The notes: a model not told the origin generated them from the letters alone. A DNA stretch of 63,548 nucleotides, filler included, from an uncultured bacterium (GCA_964543655.1; 4 parts of 4 records of this genome joined end to end with filler, not necessarily neighbours in it); one strand, 5' to 3'. Positions 50,722-61,200 are shown, numbered from the whole stretch's first letter. A program made the numbers and translations.

Positions 50722-52434
50722 CTAAAACCTCATTTTTTTATCAATAAATGAAATTATTTCAATTAATTGATTTTTTAATTTCTCTATTTCAATTTCTCCA
50801 GCTCTTGCAAATTGAATTTTCTCCATAATTGAAAAAATTTCTTGCAAATTTCTTATTATACTTTCCTCAATACTATTTTTCTGAAGAATTTCAATAATTT
50901 CTTTAAAAGTAAATGAATAACCTAAATTCCCGGTTTTTTCTGAAAAATATCTTTTTACACAATTGCTAATTTCATCTATACTACTGCTTTTGATTAAACT
51001 TTTTTTAAAATTATTAAAAGAATTTGATTGAATTATCTTTTTAAAATTGGCTTTTCTAACAATATAGAAATATCTCAATAAATAGCTGAGTAACAAAATT
51101 AATATAGGAAAAATATAGAAAATAATTAATTTAGCTGCTGAAAGATTTAAAGCTTCATCTATTATTGGTTTATCTGTAATAATTGTATCAATTAACTCTC
51201 CTGATAACTTCCCTTTCTGTTTTCCAATTTTCTGTCCTGCTGCCTCTACAACCTTTAACTTATTCTCTTTGCCTGGTAAAACTTGAAAATTAATTTCAGG
51301 AAGAAAATAAGACTCATACTTCATTTTATTTGGATTGTAGAAAATTATTTTAAGTTTAGGAATTTTATAGTAACCTTTTTTTTCTGGGATAATGGCAATT
51401 TTTTCAACCTTTTCACTTACAAGACCATTTAAAGTTGAATGCACAGAAACCTTTGGTTTTGCAGGATAGTATTTCAAACCATCAATGTTTGGCAGTTTTA
51501 AATTTTGTGAAAAATTCAGGTCACCTGCTCCTGTAATTTTAAATGTAAGTGTAACAGTATCTCCAACTTTTACCTTACTCTTATCAATGCTGTAGGTAAA
51601 ACTATAATCACCAACAGCATAAACATTTTTATTAAGCGGAGAAACAGTTATTTTAAGGTTATTGCTTGGAATCGATACCTGTTTATAATTGTTAATAACA
51701 AAAGGTGGTGATTTAAAAAAATTGTCAAATGGAGAAGTGGAAAGTGGCACCTTCCCATAGATAATAAATGGTGGAATTGTAAATTTTCCCGTTTCCGTTG
51801 GGATTAAAGAATATTTTAACTCATCAACATAATACTGCTTACCATTAACTGCTTCTATATACTCCCTTGCATTAGAAAGTTTGGTTATTATAAATTCATT
51901 CATATCAGGAACTTTTATATTCATATCATAAACATCAACTCTTCTGTACAATTTCACACTTAAAATTATTTCTTCATTTAATTTTACTTTTCTTTTATTT
52001 GCACTTACAACAAGGAATAATCTCTTATTTTTTAGATTCTTCTTGTTAACAGTGGGGCTGTCTGAAACTGTTATTTCAACTTTATTACTTTTATAAACTT
52101 TGCCTGATACAGTTACTATAGCAGGTCCAATTGCGAACTTTCCTTTTTCTAATGGAGTTAGTTCATATGAAAATGTTTTAGTTGATTTAAAATTTCCATT
52201 AATAATTGAAATACTGCTTGAAGTGCCAACAAAAATAATATGGAATTTATCAACATTTTTTATAATTGGCTTACCTGAAACAGATATATTACTTATTGTT
52301 ACACTTAAATTAGTACTCTGACCAACTACTAAATTTGTAGAATCAACTGAAAGAATAATAGTACCTTTTGAATACAGGAATGTTGACAAAAACATAAATT
52401 TAACCAGAAATAATATAAAAATAGCTCTTTTCAA
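50722..52434 (-). CDS. batD: BatD family protein
   Basis: Signal peptide, SISIING, AVG motif, C-terminal TM; TTG start. Confidence 0.85.
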   Translation of the reverse strand: MKRAIFILFLVKFMFLSTFLYSKGTIILSVDSTNLVVGQSTNLSVTISNISVSGKPIIKNVDKFHIIFVGTSSSISIINGNFKSTKTFSYELTPLEKGKFAIGPAIVTVSGKVYKSNKVEITVSDSPTVNKKNLKNKRLFLVVSANKRKVKLNEEIILSVKLYRRVDVYDMNIKVPDMNEFIITKLSNAREYIEAVNGKQYYVDELKYSLIPTETGKFTIPPFIIYGKVPLSTSPFDNFFKSPPFVINNYKQVSIPSNNLKITVSPLNKNVYAVGDYSFTYSIDKSKVKVGDTVTLTFKITGAGDLNFSQNLKLPNIDGLKYYPAKPKVSVHSTLNGLVSEKVEKIAIIPEKKGYYKIPKLKIIFYNPNKMKYESYFLPEINFQVLPGKENKLKVVEAAGQKIGKQKGKLSGELIDTIITDKPIIDEALNLSAAKLIIFYIFPILILLLSYLLRYFYIVRKANFKKIIQSNSFNNFKKSLIKSSSIDEISNCVKRYFSEKTGNLGYSFTFKEIIEILQKNSIEESIIRNLQEIFSIMEKIQFARAGEIEIEKLKNQLIEIISFIDKKMRF

Positions 52435-52448
52435 TTTATACCTCTATT

Positions 52449-54149
52449 TTACCAATCTTTTTCAGGTTTTTTAAAATTTTTTAAGAGAAAATGTTTTTTT
52501 ATAGCCTGCTTTAACAGCTTTTTATTGTCACTATAAAGATTTAACAATTTTTTATCTATTTTGGACTGTTTTTCCCTGTTTGGTTTCTTTTCTTTATGCT
52601 CTTTTTTATTCTTTTTATTATTTTTGTTTTTGTTCTGGTTCTGGTTTTGCCTTTGCTTTTGTTTTTGTTTTTTATTTTTATGTTTATTTTTATTTTTCTT
52701 TTTATTGTTATTGTTTTTACTTTGATTATTTTTGTTCTTTTTCTGATTAAGTTTTTTTAAAGTTAACTCATAATTTACTCTTGCATCTCTATCCTCTGGA
52801 TTTAACTTAATAGCTAATTTGAAATTTTCAAGAGCTTTTTTATACTTTTTATTTTTATAATTTATAACACCCTCATTGTACAGAGATTTTTCTTTTAATT
52901 GCAAATCTTCTGTCTTTTTTGCAATACTATTAAAAATATTACTACTATTATCAAATTTTTTTAATTTATAAAGAGAGTCACCTAAATTAAATTTAAACTT
53001 TAGATTTTTATCTTCTTTATAAGCTTTTTTGAAATATTTTATAGCATCTCTAAAGTTTTTTTGATTATAAAATTTTAGCCCTTTCTCATTGTTAAAATAA
53101 GGATTTGCATATAATTTTCCACTACTAAAAGTAAAAAGAATTAAGAAAATAATTGATAAATATTTCAATTTTCTTTCATTAATTATAAAAAACAAGCAGA
53201 GCAAAATAAAAGCAGGTAATAGAAACCACTGGAATCTGTTAAAATAAATTCTTTTTTTATAAATTGTTGTTTTATTGATTCTATTCCTTTCTGCTATTTT
53301 TTTGTATATAAAATCAATATCTTCAGATGTTGGTGTTGATTTAACATAAATTCCACCTGTTGATAGCGCAAGCTTTTCAAGAAACTTTTCATTTAACCTT
53401 GTTGTAACAAGGTGACCATTTTTATCTTTTTTAAACCCACCATTTTTAAGAGGTATAGGTGCATATTCACCACTTCCTATTCCTACTGCATAAATTGTTA
53501 TATGGTACTTTTTACATAATTTAATTGCAGCGTCTATATTTCCACCAAAATCCTCTCCATCAGATAAAATCAGAAGAGATACATTGCTTAACTTATATCT
53601 TGAAATAACTTTTACCATTCTTTCAATTAAGTTGTAAAAATCAGTCCCTTGTATAGGAATTAAATCAGTGTTAACTATATCAATAAAAGATTTAAATATA
53701 GAGTAATCAGAAGTTAATGGTATTAACATATATGGTTGTCCAGCAAATGGAATAAGGGCAATTCTCTCACCATTTGCATCATTAATAAAATCAAGAATCT
53801 TTCTCTTTGCAACACTCATTCGGTCTGGCTTAACATCTTGAGCCTTCATACTAAGGGATGTATCAACTGCTATAAAAATATTATTCCCAATAGTTGAGAG
53901 ATTAATGTCTTTAAAACCATATCTTGGCCCAGCAAGGCTAATCACCATTAAAGAATAACAGCATGCTAAAAAAATTGATTTTAAAAATAGCTTTCCTCTG
54001 CTCCTAAATACACCTACTTTTTTAAAATTATCTATTGAAAAAATTTTTTTAATTAATCTTTCTCTTCTTAAATAAGAGTAATGGAAAATAAGCAATATTA
54101 TTGGTGCAAAAAACAGCAATAGCAATACATTTTCATGTTTGAAAGTCAT
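52449..54149 (-). CDS. batB: vWA plus TPR protein (BatB-BatC fusion)
   Basis: DTSLSM MIDAS, LSDGED, TPRs, K/N/Q-rich linker, terminal KDW. Confidence 0.85.
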   Translation of the reverse strand: MTFKHENVLLLLFFAPIILLIFHYSYLRRERLIKKIFSIDNFKKVGVFRSRGKLFLKSIFLACCYSLMVISLAGPRYGFKDINLSTIGNNIFIAVDTSLSMKAQDVKPDRMSVAKRKILDFINDANGERIALIPFAGQPYMLIPLTSDYSIFKSFIDIVNTDLIPIQGTDFYNLIERMVKVISRYKLSNVSLLILSDGEDFGGNIDAAIKLCKKYHITIYAVGIGSGEYAPIPLKNGGFKKDKNGHLVTTRLNEKFLEKLALSTGGIYVKSTPTSEDIDFIYKKIAERNRINKTTIYKKRIYFNRFQWFLLPAFILLCLFFIINERKLKYLSIIFLILFTFSSGKLYANPYFNNEKGLKFYNQKNFRDAIKYFKKAYKEDKNLKFKFNLGDSLYKLKKFDNSSNIFNSIAKKTEDLQLKEKSLYNEGVINYKNKKYKKALENFKLAIKLNPEDRDARVNYELTLKKLNQKKNKNNQSKNNNNKKKNKNKHKNKKQKQKQRQNQNQNKNKNNKKNKKEHKEKKPNREKQSKIDKKLLNLYSDNKKLLKQAIKKHFLLKNFKKPEKDW

Positions 54150-54163
54150 TAAATCACTCCATT

Positions 54164-55150
54164 TTAAGGTATTTCTACCCTTAAAAGATAAAAATATAAT
54201 ACTTTAAAAATCAGAAGTATTAATGCACCCAAAAGAAAGTAGTAATAAAAATATTCCCTCTGAACATATTTTTTTACTTTAAATTTTGTTTTCTCAAGCT
54301 TATTAATATCATTTATTATTTTTTCTAAAGATTCAAAATTTTGGGCATTATAGTATCTTCCATTTGTAATTTTTGCTATTTGCTTTAATGTATAATCATC
54401 AAGGTCAACATTAACATATATTTTACGCAAACCAAAAGGAGTATTTTGAATAATAGGAACAGGTTTTCCCTTGGTACCAATCCCTATAGTGTAAATTTTA
54501 ATACCAAACTCCTTTGCGAGCTTTGCTGCAATGATTGGACTAACCTGACCACTGTTATTTCTGCCATCTGTTACAAGAATAATAATTTTTGATTTCCCTT
54601 TTACATTTTTTAACCTTTTTATAGATAATAAAAGTGCAGAGCCAATAGCGGTGCTATCACCTGCCATACCAAGCTCTACTCTATTAACTAAAAAGTGGAG
54701 AGTTTCATGGTCAATTGTTAGTGGACACTGTGTAAAGGCTTCTTTGCCAAACACAACAAGTCCTATTTTATCATTAGGTCTTTTATTTATAAAATCATTT
54801 ACCACTGATTTTAAGGCTTCAAGCCTGGTAATTTCTCTACCCTTTCTGTGAAAATCTATAGCAGCCATACTACCAGAACTGTCAAGAGCAATAATTATAT
54901 TAATCCCCCTTGCTGTTGTATTTGTTAAAGTTTTTATTTTTTGAAAATTAGCAAGTGCAAAAATTATTAATATTAAAATTAATGCATTTATTGATAATCT
55001 TAAAAATAGAGAAAAATTGTTATTTTTTCCTACTCTGTCTGCAACTGAAAAGTTAAACTTCAGCTGTTTTTGCAAATATTCATAATAGTAAAGAATAAAT
55101 GGAACAATTAATATTAATAAAAAGTATTCTGGATTTTCAAATCTGTACAT
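54164..55150 (-). CDS. batA: vWA domain protein BatA
   Basis: MYRFENP start; DSSGSM, CPLTID, TAIG and TDGRNN motifs. Confidence 0.88.
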   Translation of the reverse strand: MYRFENPEYFLLILIVPFILYYYEYLQKQLKFNFSVADRVGKNNNFSLFLRLSINALILILIIFALANFQKIKTLTNTTARGINIIIALDSSGSMAAIDFHRKGREITRLEALKSVVNDFINKRPNDKIGLVVFGKEAFTQCPLTIDHETLHFLVNRVELGMAGDSTAIGSALLLSIKRLKNVKGKSKIIILVTDGRNNSGQVSPIIAAKLAKEFGIKIYTIGIGTKGKPVPIIQNTPFGLRKIYVNVDLDDYTLKQIAKITNGRYYNAQNFESLEKIINDINKLEKTKFKVKKYVQREYFYYYFLLGALILLIFKVLYFYLLRVEIP

Positions 55151-56042
55151 TATTTTTTTCTTCTCTAATTTTTTCAATATTGTCTATAATTTCCCTGACT
55201 CTGCTTAAATCTTTTTCTGCTTCACTAATTAATGGAAAATTTCCTGTAAATTTATAAAAATCCCATTTTTTAAAAAGTTGTAGCAGCTCTTCTTTGATAT
55301 TTTCTTTTAAATCTTTATTTTCTTTAAAAATTTTATCAATTTCTTTAACAGTTGCTTCAACTGTATGAATATTAAAAACTCTGTCAATATATCTTCTAAC
55401 TGCTTCGGATATTTTAAAATAAAAAATCTTAAGTTCCTTTCTCTTTAATAACCCTTCACAATCTTTCCAGTTTTCATTAAATTCCTCAATTGGAGATAAT
55501 ATCCTGACCTTTCTATCTTTTTTTGCTCTATTTTTAAGCTTCAAAATAATGTAAATAAATAGGATTATGACAATAATAATTAAAACTAAGTATAAAAACT
55601 CTTTTGTGGTTAAATAAAAGCCTACTTTTTCTGGTGGTTTTATATTTTGAAAAGTTGTATTATCAGTTAAATTTGATAATATGTTGACTGTTAAGTTATC
55701 AGTATAAATTTTGAATTTCCCATCTACTGTTATTAAATTAAGTTCAATCTGTGGAATATTAATTTTTCCTGTTTTGAAAAATTGCAAATAAAATGAATAA
55801 ACAGCTTTTTTATTATCCATTTTTTTATTTATATCTGAAATTTCATAATCTTTTAATTTTAATTTTACATTTGAAAAGATATTTTTAATTTTAATATCAG
55901 AGCTAACTGTTATTTTAAACTTAACCTTTTCTCCAAGGTATATCTTGTTTTTTTCTGGAGAAAAAGAAACCTTAAAATTTTCAGCAAAAAGGCTAAAACA
56001 GCAAAAGATTAAAAAGGAAATAATAGTAATTCGTTTTAAAAT
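55137..56042 (-). CDS. Bat-operon membrane-anchored protein; frame extends 74 codons upstream of the annotated ATG
   Basis: No stop from 55821 to 56042; extension encodes a signal peptide (KRITIISFLIFCCFSLFA) after AAGGAGGAG; only ATT or TTA available as a start. Confidence 0.7.
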   Translation of the reverse strand: MLKRITIISFLIFCCFSLFAENFKVSFSPEKNKIYLGEKVKFKITVSSDIKIKNIFSNVKLKLKDYEISDINKKMDNKKAVYSFYLQFFKTGKINIPQIELNLITVDGKFKIYTDNLTVNILSNLTDNTTFQNIKPPEKVGFYLTTKEFLYLVLIIIVIILFIYIILKLKNRAKKDRKVRILSPIEEFNENWKDCEGLLKRKELKIFYFKISEAVRRYIDRVFNIHTVEATVKEIDKIFKENKDLKENIKEELLQLFKKWDFYKFTGNFPLISEAEKDLSRVREIIDNIEKIREEKNNVQI

Positions 56043-56884
56043 TTTCTCCTCCTTGCTCTGAAATATTTAATAATCTCATGTAAATATGGCTTATGAGTGG
56101 TTATATCTATTGGATAAATATTAATTTTTCTAAAATTAGCAACTAACTCTTTTCTTCTACTATTTTCAAAATTAATAAATCCTCTGTAAAGATTTTCAGA
56201 TTCACAATCCTGATAATTAAAAACTATTTTCTTTTTGAATTTAAACTTCTCTTCCATTGGGTCTGATATTATAATTGGGACAAAATCAAAAGTTTTCTTT
56301 AAATATTTAAAAGGAGAAATAAAATCAGAATCCATAATAAAATCTGATATTACAAAAGCTATGCTTTTCTTTTTTATGGTATTTGAAAGAAATTTTAAGG
56401 CTTCTCTAACATTAGTTTTTCTGTTGTGATGCTTGTTATTAACAATGGTTTTTATAATATGCCATATATGGTTTCTCCCCTTTTTAGGTGAAATATATGT
56501 ATGCACATTGTTATCAAACAAAATTAATCCAACTTTGTCATTATTTTTAATTGCAGTGTATGAAAAAAGAGCAGCTATTTCAGTAGCAAGATCTGCCTTA
56601 AATGCCCATTTAGAGCCAAAATTCATGGAAGTGGATGTATCCAGTAAAATCATAGCTGTTAATTCTCTCTCCTCTTTATATACTTTTGTATGAAGTGCAC
56701 CTGTTTTAGCAGTTGTGTTCCAGTCAATTGATTTTATATCATCTCCCACCATATATTCTCTAACCTCTTCAAACTCAAGCCCTCTACCTTTGAATGCACT
56801 TGCATATTCACCAGCAAAAATATCAGTGGAGAGAAATTTTACTTTAATATTGATTTTTTTTATATATTCAAAAAGCTCTTCCAT
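56036..56884 (-). CDS. DUF58 domain protein (MoxR-associated)
   Basis: SAFKGRGLEFEEVREY, IDWNTTA and DTSTSM motifs. Confidence 0.9.
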   Translation of the reverse strand: MEELFEYIKKINIKVKFLSTDIFAGEYASAFKGRGLEFEEVREYMVGDDIKSIDWNTTAKTGALHTKVYKEERELTAMILLDTSTSMNFGSKWAFKADLATEIAALFSYTAIKNNDKVGLILFDNNVHTYISPKKGRNHIWHIIKTIVNNKHHNRKTNVREALKFLSNTIKKKSIAFVISDFIMDSDFISPFKYLKKTFDFVPIIISDPMEEKFKFKKKIVFNYQDCESENLYRGFINFENSRRKELVANFRKINIYPIDITTHKPYLHEIIKYFRARRRKF

Positions 56885-56887
56885 GGT

Positions 56888-57868
56888 TTATGGTGTTGGA
56901 ATTTTGTTAAGAATTTCCTCTATAATTTTATCAGTAGTTATATTTTCAGCTTCTGCTTCATAACTTAAAAGTATTCTATGTCTTAAAACATCTTTGGCAA
57001 CATCTTTTACATCTTGTGGTATAACATAGGCTCTTCCTTCTAAAAATGCATTACCCTTAGCTGATTTGTAAAGATTTAATGATGCCCGTGGTGAAGCGCC
57101 AAAGTTAAGCAATCTCTTATCCATTTTAACTTTCCCTAAATCTCTTGTAGCTGCTACAATATCAATTATATAATCCTCTATCTTTTCATCAATGTAAATA
57201 TCCTCAAGAGCTTCTTTAATTTTTCCAAGTGTTTCTCTATCAAAAACTTTATTCAGCTCAACCGAATGCTCAAAAGCATGTGCTCTCATAATGGCTTTTT
57301 CTTCTTCAGGTTCAGGATAGGTAACAACTACTTTAAATAAAAACCTGTCCATTTGTGCTTCTGGCAGAGGATAAACACCTTCCTGCTCAAGAGGATTCTG
57401 AGTGGCAACAACAAAAAATGGTAGATTCAGATTAAATGTTTCCTCACCAATTGTTACCTTTTTTTCTTGCATAGCTTCAAGTAATGCACTCTGTACTTTG
57501 GCAGGTGCACGGTTAATCTCATCAGCAAGTAAGAAATTTGTAAAAACAGGACCTTTTTTAAATTGAAACTCCATATCTTTAGGATTGTAAATTAATGTTC
57601 CGGTTAAATCTCCAGGCAAAAGGTCAGGTGTAAATTGTATTCTCTGAAATTCTAAATCAAGTATTTTTGAAAATGTATCAGCAGTTTTTGTTTTTGCAAG
57701 ACCTGGTACTCCTTCAAGCAATATATGACCATCAATAAGAAAAGCTAAAAGCAATTTTTTAATCAATTCATCCTGTCCAATAATAACTTTGTGCATTTCA
57801 TTAAAAAACATTTTTATTAATGGCTGGGTTGCTAAAATTTTTGCTTCCACTTTTTCTATATTTATCAT
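56888..57868 (-). CDS. moxR: MoxR family AAA+ ATPase
   Basis: EGVPGLAKT, RIQFTPDLLP, LADEINR, ATQNP; ATG at 57868 follows AGGAGG. Confidence 0.95.
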   Translation of the reverse strand: MINIEKVEAKILATQPLIKMFFNEMHKVIIGQDELIKKLLLAFLIDGHILLEGVPGLAKTKTADTFSKILDLEFQRIQFTPDLLPGDLTGTLIYNPKDMEFQFKKGPVFTNFLLADEINRAPAKVQSALLEAMQEKKVTIGEETFNLNLPFFVVATQNPLEQEGVYPLPEAQMDRFLFKVVVTYPEPEEEKAIMRAHAFEHSVELNKVFDRETLGKIKEALEDIYIDEKIEDYIIDIVAATRDLGKVKMDKRLLNFGASPRASLNLYKSAKGNAFLEGRAYVIPQDVKDVAKDVLRHRILLSYEAEAENITTDKIIEEILNKIPTP

Positions 57869-57957
57869 CTGCTCCTCCTTGGGTTGGTTCAAAGTGTTAC
57901 TTGTTAGTAGATATTTGTAGTCATTTTAAATTATCATTTTCTCATCATTAAAACATC

Positions 57958-58013
57958 TAATACAAGACCAAATGTAAAATACATTAGCAATTATGTTCAT
58001 ATTTACCACAAAA
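57958..58013 (+). repeat. Degenerate copy of the family-2 repeat module
   Basis: TAATACAAGACCAAATGTAAAATACATTAGCAATT resembles 16883-16917; ATATTTACCACAAAA is the exact reverse complement of 92-106. Confidence 0.6.
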
Positions 58014-58148
58014 CCAGTTATTTTGAAGGCTACAGCTCAAAAAATATTTTAAGTTTTTCTCCGCACTTCATTCTCGATTATCCTTCACAGCACGGGAATA
58101 TTAGAAATATTGCTCTTTTAGTCAAGTTAATTTTTGTTAATTCTGATG

Positions 58149-58361
58149 CTATTTTCTAAAAATTCCAAAAATAATAGAAAGGACTATACTGATTATAATA
58201 CAAGTGGTTATTGGAAAATAAAAGGAAAAATTGTCCTTTTTTATATAAATGTCTCCAGGTAATTTCCCAAAATAGGGAATTTTCCCAAACAAATTAAGAA
58301 AAATACCTATACAAACTAATATTATACCTAAAATTATTAATGTTTTTCCCATTCCACCCAT
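58149..58361 (-). CDS. DUF2905 family small membrane protein
   Basis: GKLPGDI...FYFPITT. Confidence 0.88.
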   Translation of the reverse strand: MGGMGKTLIILGIILVCIGIFLNLFGKIPYFGKLPGDIYIKKDNFSFYFPITTCIIISIVLSIIFGIFRK

Positions 58362-58384
58362 TTGTGCCCTCCTGAATGCGAAAA

Positions 58385-59971
58385 TTACATTCTTTCTGGA
58401 GCAGAAACACCGAGAATATCAAGACCTTTTTTAATAACTTTCTCTATATTTTTAATCAAAAACAACCTATTTCTATTTCCAAGCACTTTATTTTTATTGT
58501 AATAAGAGTGAAATTTAGAAGATAGTTCAAGTAGATAATATGTAATTAAATGAGGTTCCAAATTTTTAGCTGCAACTTTTAAAATATTTTTAAAATCATC
58601 AAGTTTTTTTATAATTTCAATATCATCTTCACATGTAATTTCCTCAATTTTTTCTGGAACAGGGATTTCTGAGTTTCTTAAAATACTACAAATTCTTGCA
58701 TGTGCATACTGAACATAGTACACAGGATTCTCATTTGACTGCTGTTTTGCAAGCTCAAGGTCAAAATCAAGTTGTGCATCATATTTTCTTGTCATAAAAA
58801 TAAACCTTCCTGCATCTTTGCCAACCTCATCAATAACTTCTTTTAAAGTAACAAATTTACCCTTTCTTGTTGACAATGGAATCCTCTCTTTTCCCCTTAA
58901 TAAATTTACCATCTGCACCAGCAAAATAGTGAGCTTGTCTGGGTCATTCCCGGTATATTTTATTGCAGATTTTAATCGTGCTATGTATCCATGATGGTCT
59001 GCTCCCCAAATGTTTACAAGTAAGTCAAAACCTCTATCAAACTTATCTTTATGATAAGCAATATCTGAAGTTAAATATGTATATGAACCATCAGATTTAA
59101 TAATCACCCTGTCCTCATCACCTTCTACTTTAATCCACCAGGCATTATCCTTTTTATATATGTATCCAGCTCTCTTTAAATCCTCTATTACTTCATTTAC
59201 TTTTCCTTTTTCAAATAGGCTTTTTTCACTAAAATAGTTATCAAACTCAACACCAAAATTTTTTAAATCATCTTTTATTTCTGGCAAAATTGCTTTAATT
59301 CCCTGCTCAGTAAAAAATTCTATACTTTTCTCAACAATGTTTTCGCCATACGTTGCAATTAACTTTTTTGCTATATCAATTATGTATTCTCCTTGGTAGC
59401 AATCTTCAGGGAATTCAATCTTCTCTCCAAGCAACTCTTTTACCCTTAGAAATATTGATTTACCCAGAATATTCATCTGATTGCCAGCATCATTAATATA
59501 ATACTCTTTGACTACTTTAAACCCACACTCTTTTAATAAATTTGCAAGGACATCTCCAAGTACAGCACCTCTTCCATGTCCTATATGTAGTGGCCCTGTG
59601 GGATTTGCACTAACAAATTCTATTAAAACTTTTTTATTCTCACCAAAATTTGATTTAAAATAATTGGAATCTGAAAATATCTCATTTAAAAGATTTATCC
59701 AGTAATTTTCATTTATAAAAAAATTAATAAAACCTTTACCAGCAATCTCCACTTTTGAAAAAAGAGGGTTATCCTTAAAATTCTCAACTGCTTCCTCTGC
59801 TATTTTAATAGGATTTTTCTTAACTTTTGAAGCAAGAACCATTGCAACATTAGTAGAAAAGTCTCCAAATTTTTTATTTTTGGGAATATCAACATTAAAT
59901 CTAACTTCATCTTCTATCTTTAATGTTTTATTTATGAAATTTTTTATTAATTTCTCTATTTTATTTTTCAT
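58385..59971 (-). CDS. argS: Arginine--tRNA ligase
   Basis: EFVSANPTGPLHIGHGR, WGADHHGY and YYVQYAHAR motifs. Confidence 0.97.
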   Translation of the reverse strand: MKNKIEKLIKNFINKTLKIEDEVRFNVDIPKNKKFGDFSTNVAMVLASKVKKNPIKIAEEAVENFKDNPLFSKVEIAGKGFINFFINENYWINLLNEIFSDSNYFKSNFGENKKVLIEFVSANPTGPLHIGHGRGAVLGDVLANLLKECGFKVVKEYYINDAGNQMNILGKSIFLRVKELLGEKIEFPEDCYQGEYIIDIAKKLIATYGENIVEKSIEFFTEQGIKAILPEIKDDLKNFGVEFDNYFSEKSLFEKGKVNEVIEDLKRAGYIYKKDNAWWIKVEGDEDRVIIKSDGSYTYLTSDIAYHKDKFDRGFDLLVNIWGADHHGYIARLKSAIKYTGNDPDKLTILLVQMVNLLRGKERIPLSTRKGKFVTLKEVIDEVGKDAGRFIFMTRKYDAQLDFDLELAKQQSNENPVYYVQYAHARICSILRNSEIPVPEKIEEITCEDDIEIIKKLDDFKNILKVAAKNLEPHLITYYLLELSSKFHSYYNKNKVLGNRNRLFLIKNIEKVIKKGLDILGVSAPERM

Positions 59972-60110
59972 CTTTACTATCTGTCTCCTTTTTGATTTTC
60001 AAATCTTCTGAAAAGTCGGGGCAATTTAATTTCCCATCTCCCATTGAAAATTTCTTTTTACAATCTTTTCGCCATGCACATATTGAGCATAACTGCCTAT
60101 CTGTACTCAT
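59961..60110 (-). CDS. 49-aa Cys4 small protein, below the ORF-track size cut-off
   Basis: MSTDRQLCSICAWRKDCKKKFSMGDGKLNCPDFSEDLKIKKETDSKDEK*; SD GGGGAG; fills the gap between the nitrilase and argS. Confidence 0.8.
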   Translation of the reverse strand: MSTDRQLCSICAWRKDCKKKFSMGDGKLNCPDFSEDLKIKKETDSKDEK

Positions 60111-60111
60111 T

Positions 60112-60957
60112 TTACTCCCCTAAAATCTCTCTGTATGATTTACCAATTAGGTCAAGATACTCTTTTTCTATCCTATCTTTTAAAAAAGGAAATAATCTCC
60201 TAACTTCAAAAAGATCGTTAAAATTAATATCCCATAAAATAATTCCCTCTTTAGAACCAGCAGGCTCAGAAACTAAACCACCATCAGGTGCCACACAGAA
60301 ACTACCACCATAAAATTCAAGCTCTCCCTGTACACCAACTCTGTTTATTCTGCAAATAAATACAGTATTAATTAAAGCATTTGCACTAATTACTTTTATC
60401 CACCTTGGCTGTGATGAAAAAGCTGAGGCAGTAGGTGAGATTATTAGATTAGCTCCCTTTAATGTTAGAATTCTTGCTACTTCAGGGAAAAAAATATCCC
60501 ATCCAATCTGAAAACCTATTTTACCAATTGAAGTATTAAAAACAGGAAAACCTAAATCACCTGGTCTAAAATAATATTTTTCTTCCCAGTTGGGAATTAG
60601 TGGTAAATGAATCTTTCTATAATGGCCTTTTATCAAACCATCTTTGTCAATAAAAACAACACTGTTGTAAAATAGCATATCTATTTCTGAATCTTTTTCA
60701 AAAAATGGAATTACAAGAGCAATGCTGTTCTTTTTTGCAATTTCTCTAAAACTTCTTATTTCCTCTGAATCAATTGTAATAGCTAATGCAAAATTTTTCT
60801 CATTGATTGATTCCGGAAACCATGAGCTCAAAGAAAGTTCTGGGAAAACAACTACATCAGCATCTTGCTCCATTGAAATATCAATATATTTTAAACATTT
60901 TTTGAAGTTTTCATTGAAATTATCAGTTGACTCAATTTGTACTCCTGCTATTTTCAT
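60112..60957 (-). CDS. Carbon-nitrogen hydrolase (nitrilase family) with Gly at the catalytic Cys position
   Basis: FPEL, YRKIHLP and EKYYF present; IGWD replaces ICWD. Confidence 0.88.
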   Translation of the reverse strand: MKIAGVQIESTDNFNENFKKCLKYIDISMEQDADVVVFPELSLSSWFPESINEKNFALAITIDSEEIRSFREIAKKNSIALVIPFFEKDSEIDMLFYNSVVFIDKDGLIKGHYRKIHLPLIPNWEEKYYFRPGDLGFPVFNTSIGKIGFQIGWDIFFPEVARILTLKGANLIISPTASAFSSQPRWIKVISANALINTVFICRINRVGVQGELEFYGGSFCVAPDGGLVSEPAGSKEGIILWDINFNDLFEVRRLFPFLKDRIEKEYLDLIGKSYREILGE

Positions 60958-61093
60958 AGCTCTCCTTTCCTTTTCCTTATTAAAAAAAATTTATATCAAA
61001 AATATTATCTCTTTTCAAATGAAAAATAATCATTAAAATTTTACTATTAATTTAAAATGTAATTATGGTGTTAATAATGGAAATATATATCTC

Positions 61094-61200
61094 CTAATAC
61101 AAGTTCTCGATTCAACATTCATAGTTTAACATTGAAAAATGCTTTAATAACTATAAGTTAAGAATATTACAAATATTATTTCAAGTAGAAAGTTGTATAA
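61094..61200 (+). repeat. 107-bp dispersed non-coding repeat, copy 2
   Basis: About 81% identical to 40749-40854. Confidence 0.85.

Noticed and set aside
52570-52750. K/N/Q-rich low-complexity DNA with short periodicity
   Set aside because: Ordinary low-complexity linker of BatC-type TPR proteins.
58025-58100. Relatively GC-rich intergenic stretch as a candidate ncRNA or riboswitch
   Set aside because: No recognisable tRNA, riboswitch or stable fold by eye; possibly another repeat remnant.
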